Shown one piece after another: positions 38,642-44,913 of a DNA stretch of 44,913 bases. Positions within the stretch are counted from its first letter, which is position 1; the number at the start of each line of letters is the position of its first letter. The translations under genes and the position numbers were made by a program. Origin of the DNA: Candidatus Woesearchaeota archaeon (GTDB lineage Archaea; Nanobdellota; Nanobdellia; SCGC-AAA011-G17; CAYHUI01); the NCBI GenBank assembly GCA_964360175.1, contig CAYHUI010000001.1:16855-61767 (forward strand). Reading direction: 5' to 3'. The notes under the pieces were generated by a model. That model worked only from the letters and a program-made list of their open reading frames with translations. It searched no databases and was not told where the DNA came from.

Positions 38642-41002
38642 ATGTTTAATCCAAAAATAAAAGATAAAATATGGTCCAAAGATTTTGAAAAACCAATTTA
38701 TGAATCATGGAAAAAAAATCAAATTTACAAGTTTGATAAAAAAACAAAGAAAAAGATTTATTCTATAGATACCCCCCCACCTTATGTAAATACACCAGTT
38801 CATATAGGACAAGTTACAACTTATGTTTTAATGGACATGTTTGCACGTTTTAAAAGAATGTTAAATTACGAAGTTTTATTTCCTTTAGGATTGGATAGAA
38901 ATGGTTTGCCAATAGAGATTGCAGCTGAATACAAATTTAAAGTTAAACTAACAGAATTATCAAGGGAGGAAGCAATAGAACTTTGCAAAAAAATATTAGA
39001 AGAATCTAGTTTAGCTTCTGTTGAATCTTTTTTAAGATGCGGAATTAGTTTTAACTCTTGGAATAAAGGTAATGATATAGGAGAAATTTACGAAACTGAT
39101 TCTGCTGATTATAGAAAATTAACACAAGAAACTTTTATTGATTTATTTAATAAAAATTTAATTTATGAAGATGAGCGCGTTAATAATTTTTGTCCTGGCT
39201 GTCAAACAACTTTAGCAGACGCAGAAATTGATTATAAAGAATTACCAACGACTTTTAATGATGTAAAATTCAAAGTGAAAGAAACTAAAGAAGATATTAT
39301 CATAGGAACAACAAGGCCTGAATTAATATGCACATGCGCTATGGTTATATATAATCCAAAAGATAAAAGATATAAACATTTAAATGGAAAAACAGCAATT
39401 ACTCCAATTTTTAACAAAGAAGTTCCAATAAAATCACATCCATTAGCAGAGATTGAAAAAGGAACTGGTTTGGTTATGATGTGTTCTGCAGGGGATATAT
39501 CAGATATAAGATTTTTTAGGGAGATGAAATTACCTTTAGTTATAGCAATAAATAAAGATGGGGTTATGAATGAACATGCAGGATTTTTAAAAGGTTTAAA
39601 AGTTAAAATTGCAAGAGAAAAAATTATTGAAGAATTAAAGAATAGAAATTTGTTAGTAAAACAAGAAAAAATAATACATAGACATCCTGTATGTGAAAGA
39701 AGTAAAGATCCAATTGAATTTATAGAAATGCCAGAATATTATTTAAAACAACTAGAATTTAAAAACGAAGTTAAAAAATTAGCAAAAAAAATTGATTTTT
39801 ATGATTCTAAAAGTAAACAAATTTTATTTGATTGGATTAATTCTATAAGTATGGACTGGCCTATTAGCAGAAGAAGATTTTATGCAACTGAAATTCCTCT
39901 GTGGTATTGTGAAAATTGCAATGAAATTGTTGTTCCAAAAAAAGGAAAATATTATCAGCCGTGGAAAGAAAAACCTCCAATTAATAAATGTAAATGCGGT
40001 TCAACTGAATTTATAGGAGAAACAAGAGTTTTTGATACATGGTTTGACAGTTCTAACACTCCATTTTACATTTTAGGATATTCTAAAAATAATAAATTCT
40101 TTAAAAAAGTATTTCCGTGTACATTAAGACCACAAGGAAAAGAAATAATTAGAACATGGTTATATTATACTTTAATTAAATCTTATTTGTTAACTAAAAA
40201 AAATATATTTAAAGATGTCTGGATAAATTATCATATTGTTGATAATAAAGGTTATAAAATGAGTAAAAGCGAGGGTAATGTAATTGATCCTAAAGATATA
40301 TTAGATAGATTTGGAGCAGAACCATTTAGATTATGGTGCGCAACAGAAGGTAATTTAACCAAAGGTGATTTAAGATGTTCTTTTGATAGGATAGAAGGTG
40401 CATCTAAAACTTTAAATAAAATTTGGAATATTGCAAGATTTATTTCTATGTTTAAATACACCAAAACAAATAGATTAGAAGAATTAGACAAATGGATAAT
40501 ACAAGAGTTAAATAATTTAATTGAGTTTGCTGAAAAAAATTATGCAAAATATGATTTTCATAATCCAACCATAAAAATAAAAAGTTTTATTTGGGAAGTT
40601 TTTGCATCTCATTATATCGAATTGGTAAAATCAAGAGCTTATAAAAATGACAAATCAGCAATTTATACATTAAATTATTGTTTAGACAACATATTAAAAT
40701 TATTATCTCCGGTTATACCATTAATCACATATAAAATCTATAAAGATTTAAGAAATAAAGATATTCATTTTGAAAAATTCCCAAAAATAGAAAATAAATA
40801 TAAATTAAAATTTTCAACTAAAGATTTAATAGAATTAAATAGTAGAATTTGGAAGGAAAAAAAAGATAATGGTTTAAGTTTAAATTCAGAATTAAAAAAA
40901 TTAACTTTGCCTTTAAAATTTAAATCCATTTCAAAAGAAATCAAAGAAACACATAATGCAAAAGAAATCAATTTTGGAAAAGAATTTAAGATAGAATTTT
41001 AA
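38642..41002 (+). CDS. valS: Valine--tRNA ligase (archaeal type)
   Basis: SIDTPPPY, HIGQ, TTRPE, GTG.VM, DW.ISRRRFYATEIP.WYC, VFDTWFDSS, LRPQG.EIIRTW, KMSKS. Confidence 0.95.
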   Translation: MFNPKIKDKIWSKDFEKPIYESWKKNQIYKFDKKTKKKIYSIDTPPPYVNTPVHIGQVTTYVLMDMFARFKRMLNYEVLFPLGLDRNGLPIEIAAEYKFKVKLTELSREEAIELCKKILEESSLASVESFLRCGISFNSWNKGNDIGEIYETDSADYRKLTQETFIDLFNKNLIYEDERVNNFCPGCQTTLADAEIDYKELPTTFNDVKFKVKETKEDIIIGTTRPELICTCAMVIYNPKDKRYKHLNGKTAITPIFNKEVPIKSHPLAEIEKGTGLVMMCSAGDISDIRFFREMKLPLVIAINKDGVMNEHAGFLKGLKVKIAREKIIEELKNRNLLVKQEKIIHRHPVCERSKDPIEFIEMPEYYLKQLEFKNEVKKLAKKIDFYDSKSKQILFDWINSISMDWPISRRRFYATEIPLWYCENCNEIVVPKKGKYYQPWKEKPPINKCKCGSTEFIGETRVFDTWFDSSNTPFYILGYSKNNKFFKKVFPCTLRPQGKEIIRTWLYYTLIKSYLLTKKNIFKDVWINYHIVDNKGYKMSKSEGNVIDPKDILDRFGAEPFRLWCATEGNLTKGDLRCSFDRIEGASKTLNKIWNIARFISMFKYTKTNRLEELDKWIIQELNNLIEFAEKNYAKYDFHNPTIKIKSFIWEVFASHYIELVKSRAYKNDKSAIYTLNYCLDNILKLLSPVIPLITYKIYKDLRNKDIHFEKFPKIENKYKLKFSTKDLIELNSRIWKEKKDNGLSLNSELKKLTLPLKFKSISKEIKETHNAKEINFGKEFKIEF

Positions 41003-41004
41003 AA

Positions 41005-42102
41005 ATGGCATTAACTTTAAAACAAAAACTAAGTCTAAAAAAATTTATCAAAGAATTAGCTAATATTAGAGGCAGGCATACAGAATTAGTTTCAGTTTAC
41101 ATTCCAGCAGGTTATGATTTAATTAAAATAATCCAACATTTACAACAGGAACAAGGCACTGCAACTAATATAAAAGATTCAAGAACAAGAAAAAATGTTA
41201 TAGATTCTTTAGAGAAGTGTATTAGACATTTAAGATTGTATAAAAAAACTCCTGAAAATGGATTAGCAGTATTTGCTGGAGATGTTTCTCAAAAAGAAAG
41301 TCAAATTGATATTAAAGTATGGAGCATAGAACCACTCGAACCTATCAAAACTAGAATGTACAGATGCGATCAAACTTTTGTTTTAAATATTCTGGAAGAT
41401 ATGTTAGAAGTGAAAGAAACATATGGTTTAATAATTTTAGATAATAGAGAAGCTAGTATTGGATTGTTAAAAGGAACTTCTATTATAGAGTTAGTAAATT
41501 TAACTTCTGGTGTTCCTGGAAAAGTTAAGGCTGGAGGCTTCAGTCAAGCCCGTTATGCAAGATTAAGAGAAGAAGCTGCTAATGAATTTTATGATAGGAT
41601 TGGAGAGGCTGCTAAAAAAGAATTTTTTGAAATGAAAGAACTTAAAGGTATTATATTAGGGGGACCAGGTCCTACAAAAGAATATTTTTTAGAAGGAGAT
41701 CATTTAATTAAGGAATTAAAGAAAAAAGTTATTGGAATGAAAGATTTAGGTTATACAGGAGAATTTGGATTGCAAGAATTAGTTGAAAAAAGCAAGGATT
41801 TACTTATACAAGAGGAAATTACAAAAGAAAAAAATTTAATGCAACAATTTTTTGAATTGCTAAACAAAGATACAGGCAAAGCAATTTATGGTAAAGAAAA
41901 GGTAGATAAAGCTTTAGAATTGGGTGCTATAGAAATTTTATTATTATCTGAAAGTTTGGATGATAAAGAAATAGAAGATTATGAAAATAAAGCAAATAAT
42001 TATGGGACTAAGGTAGAAATAATTTCTGTAGAAACAAGAGAAGGTATGCAGTTAAAAGGTATTGGTGGTATTGCTGCTATATTAAGGTTTGTTATAAGTT
42101 AA
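41005..42102 (+). CDS. prf1: Peptide chain release factor aRF1 with variant motifs (TATNIKD, GGFSQ)
   Basis: RGRHTELVSVYIP, NIK, P.NGLAVF.G, YRCDQTF, GGPGPTK, GGIAAILRF; N, M and C domains all present. Confidence 0.93.
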   Translation: MALTLKQKLSLKKFIKELANIRGRHTELVSVYIPAGYDLIKIIQHLQQEQGTATNIKDSRTRKNVIDSLEKCIRHLRLYKKTPENGLAVFAGDVSQKESQIDIKVWSIEPLEPIKTRMYRCDQTFVLNILEDMLEVKETYGLIILDNREASIGLLKGTSIIELVNLTSGVPGKVKAGGFSQARYARLREEAANEFYDRIGEAAKKEFFEMKELKGIILGGPGPTKEYFLEGDHLIKELKKKVIGMKDLGYTGEFGLQELVEKSKDLLIQEEITKEKNLMQQFFELLNKDTGKAIYGKEKVDKALELGAIEILLLSESLDDKEIEDYENKANNYGTKVEIISVETREGMQLKGIGGIAAILRFVIS

Positions 42103-42143
42103 ATTTTTTCTTAAATAATAAAATTAATTAAAGATAAAGAGAA

Positions 42144-44843
42144 TTAAAATCTTACAAATAATAATACTGCTATTGTATAACCCGTTCCACCACCGCCATA
42201 ATCTCCACTACTACCGCCAGATTCTCCCCCGTAACTTCCTCCACTATAACTTTCATGTCCTCCTGAATAACTTTCTCCACCATAATAATCTCCTGTTTGA
42301 TAACTTCCCCCTCCATAATAAGATCCACTGTATCCTTCTCCGCTTTGGTAAGATCCACTGTAATCCTCTCCAGTGTACGAAGGGTCGTAATAATAATATC
42401 CTGATGTTGAATCATAAACAACATTATAATAACTTCCTTGATAACCTTCTCCACTAGATTCAGGAACTACATAACTGCCCTTATCATAATCATAAGAACC
42501 TGGTACATAATCATAATATTGTCCACTAGTAGTAGATTGATAAGCCCAAGTTCCTTTAGATGGATCATAATCATAACTTAAATGTTCTCCAGTAGATGAT
42601 TGATAAATATATTCTCCTCTCGCTTCATTATATTTATAAGTCCAAGTATCTCCTGAAGTTTCATCAGTATAAGATGTTAATGAAGGTTCATAGGTTTTTC
42701 CTGTTGAAGATACCCATCTTCCTTTTGATTCATCATAATCCCATTCTTCTCCTTCATCAGTTGTATAAGATCCTTCATCTTCCCATCCTGCTGGATAATA
42801 TACTAATGAAGGTGTATAAGTATTTCCTTTATCAGAATTCCATCTATCCTTTTCAGGATTATAAGTCCATATTTCTCCTGTTTCAGGATCTTCATGCGAA
42901 TAATCTTGTTCTGCATTATCATATATTATCTCTCCATATCTCTCTCCTTCAGGTTTGTAAATCCAACCATTGGATGAAACAAATGTATTCCATTCAGGAT
43001 GATAATCATACGGAATATTTGATTCTCCTGTATAGAATTCATAACCTGTTGGTTTATAAGTAAATTTTTCTCCACTAGATGTTGAATAAGTATCTCCTAT
43101 ATCATATTTATAAGTTTGCTCTGTTCCATCAGGTAATGTAACTTTATAGCCTGTTGGGGTATAAGTATGTATTGTTCCATCTTCTAATGTATAGGTATGA
43201 ACCTCATTACCTTGTTTATAAGCTTCTGGAAATACGTAATCTTCATTGTATTTTACTTCATATTCAATGCCAGCAGGTGTTTTAAAAAAGTAATGGTCCC
43301 TATAAAATGTATATTCAAATTTAGACTGAGGATTTGTATAAGTATAACCTTCAACAAAACCACCAACTTCTTTACCAACCCCCTCACCTTCTTTTATATC
43401 AATAGGGGGTAGACCAAGAGGAAATACATCTAACTCTATAGCTTCATGAGATATACCTGGTGGAATAAAAGGTTCACCATAAGCAATTTCGTATTCTTGA
43501 GCAAATTTTTCTATTAATATTCTACTAGCTTCCTCTTCACCAACCTCTACCATCAATCTTTCAAAGTCTATATTATTATACTCATCTTTTAATTTTTCAG
43601 CAAGCTCTATTACGTTCTTTGATCGCTCATACATACTTTCGTATTTGTATTGTTCATCTTCTGGTAATGTTGATATTAATTCATCTTTAACTTCTTCATA
43701 TTCTATAACAAATTCTGTATTTTCTTCTTCAATCTCATCGTGATGGAATTCAACTATCTCTAAAAGATCACTTAAATCACCTTCAATTTGTGGTTCTAAA
43801 TTAATTCTATCCTCTTCAGAAAGAGTTTCTAATTCTTCATAATGTGTAAGTATTTCATCAACATTTAAAATTGACTCTTCTGCCTCAACAAGATCTTCAA
43901 ATGCTTCTCTGAATTCATCTAAATTATAATTATATTCACATTTTTGCAATTTTAATTCTATATCATCTGTAATTGTATGAATTTCGTTAAATGTAGCTTC
44001 ATCAATAATCCCTTCTTCTAATGCTGTTTCAGCTTCTAATTTAATTTCTTCTAAAGAAGCTTCTGCAGCTTGAAATTCTTCAGTAACTTCTTGTTCAAAT
44101 ACATCATTCAAACCTGCTTCTTCTTCTAATACATTAGTAACTTTAAGCTCTACTTCTAATTCTGTTGTTCCGGTTTCTAATGCAACTAATTCTTCTAATT
44201 CATCCTTTTGAGTTTCAACTGCACTTTCAAGAGAAGCAAATTGAGTTAAAACATCATCTATATGAGTAGCTGAAGCATCTTCTGTTGTAATTTCACCTGC
44301 ATCTACAGCTTCTACTAATCCCACTTTTATTTCATCTAAAATATCATCTTGTTGCAAAACTGTTAGCTCTTCTTCTATAATATTATCAATACCTTCAACA
44401 TCATTAATAGAATCTTCATGTTTTTCTATGGCATTAACAAGCTGCTCTGCTGAATCTCCTGCATCTACATAATCTCCTTCTTCTATTTCTACTTGTATTT
44501 CAAGAATTTTTTCTTGTATAACTAATTCTGGATCTTCAAAATTGTAATCCCACCATCTATCAAAAAAATAGAAAAAATCACCATGAGTTAGACCTTCATC
44601 AAAATCCTGAAATTCTTCTTCATCTTCATGTTCTTTGGTAAAGAATACATCTTCCCATGAATTTATATCTTCTGTGATTATTTCTTCACCAGTTATAGGA
44701 TCTATTATTTTACCAGTTTCTGGATCGATGTAAACAGGATGGCTTGGAGCAATAACGATTTTAGAAGAAAAAGATATTAAAAATGCAATCATTAATAAAA
44801 ATATTAGAATCCCCCTCACTACAACTGCATTACTTTTCTGCAT
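42144..44843 (-). CDS. Large acidic secreted protein: DUF5667-like helical N-region, Tyr/Thr/Gly beta-hairpin repeats, Gly/Ser/Tyr tail
   Basis: Signal peptide; GLTHGDFFYFFD...KILEI; Glu-rich helices; repeats like TGE.W.Y.....RW.SSTG.TY.P; YSGSY/YGG low-complexity end. Confidence 0.72.
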   Translation of the reverse strand: MQKSNAVVVRGILIFLLMIAFLISFSSKIVIAPSHPVYIDPETGKIIDPITGEEIITEDINSWEDVFFTKEHEDEEEFQDFDEGLTHGDFFYFFDRWWDYNFEDPELVIQEKILEIQVEIEEGDYVDAGDSAEQLVNAIEKHEDSINDVEGIDNIIEEELTVLQQDDILDEIKVGLVEAVDAGEITTEDASATHIDDVLTQFASLESAVETQKDELEELVALETGTTELEVELKVTNVLEEEAGLNDVFEQEVTEEFQAAEASLEEIKLEAETALEEGIIDEATFNEIHTITDDIELKLQKCEYNYNLDEFREAFEDLVEAEESILNVDEILTHYEELETLSEEDRINLEPQIEGDLSDLLEIVEFHHDEIEEENTEFVIEYEEVKDELISTLPEDEQYKYESMYERSKNVIELAEKLKDEYNNIDFERLMVEVGEEEASRILIEKFAQEYEIAYGEPFIPPGISHEAIELDVFPLGLPPIDIKEGEGVGKEVGGFVEGYTYTNPQSKFEYTFYRDHYFFKTPAGIEYEVKYNEDYVFPEAYKQGNEVHTYTLEDGTIHTYTPTGYKVTLPDGTEQTYKYDIGDTYSTSSGEKFTYKPTGYEFYTGESNIPYDYHPEWNTFVSSNGWIYKPEGERYGEIIYDNAEQDYSHEDPETGEIWTYNPEKDRWNSDKGNTYTPSLVYYPAGWEDEGSYTTDEGEEWDYDESKGRWVSSTGKTYEPSLTSYTDETSGDTWTYKYNEARGEYIYQSSTGEHLSYDYDPSKGTWAYQSTTSGQYYDYVPGSYDYDKGSYVVPESSGEGYQGSYYNVVYDSTSGYYYYDPSYTGEDYSGSYQSGEGYSGSYYGGGSYQTGDYYGGESYSGGHESYSGGSYGGESGGSSGDYGGGGTGYTIAVLLFVRF

Positions 44844-44913
44844 TAATAAATTTAAAAATAAAACTTATTTATAAAATTTTCTTTTTTTAACTAAATAAGG
44901 CATTTTTATATAA

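Noticed and set aside
37234-43412. Short alternative-frame or antisense ORFs inside the pilin, membrane protein, valS and 899-aa genes
   Set aside because: Explained by codon bias and low-complexity sequence of the real genes.
1-44913. Complete DGR cassette (RT, Avd, template repeat) in the window
   Set aside because: No ORF with reverse transcriptase motifs and no second VR-like copy seen by eye; only the putative target is present.
1-44913. Ciliate-like reassignment of TAA
   Set aside because: Nearly all conserved genes end at TAA at the expected length, so the TAA at 10001 is best read as a nonsense mutation.
1-44913. CRISPR array, rRNA, integrase or transposase
   Set aside because: No regularly spaced repeats, long GC-rich structural RNA or recombinase motifs found.

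Overview
Very AT-rich archaeal chromosomal window whose gene content and style fit a DPANN archaeon, most likely Woesearchaeota/Nanobdellota (inference from gene content, not a phylogeny). It holds core informational genes: the GINS-L44e-S27e-aIF2a-Nop10-PAC2 cluster, S19e-PDCD5-L39e-L31e, LysRS class II, CysRS, ValRS, aRF1, RNase Z, EndA, TruD, Cbf5, an m5C methyltransferase, Hjc, EndoQ, a histone and tRNA-Phe(GAA). These are interspersed with many secreted or membrane-anchored surface proteins, two vapBC loci, a Fic gene and several gene remnants. The most notable observations are five. (1) An ORF missed by the track (9791-10489, two in-frame stops) ends in a 58% GC, A-poor segment resembling a DPANN diversity-generating retroelement variable region, with no RT or template in the window. 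(2) The full-length aRF1 has GGFSQ in place of the universal GGQ and TATNIKD in place of TASNIKS. (3) An otherwise intact MFS gene is broken by a single TAG. (4) Palindromic operators sit at the Fic and both vapBC promoters. (5) There are two unexplained 32-bp dispersed repeats. No CRISPR array, rRNA, integrase or transposase was seen.
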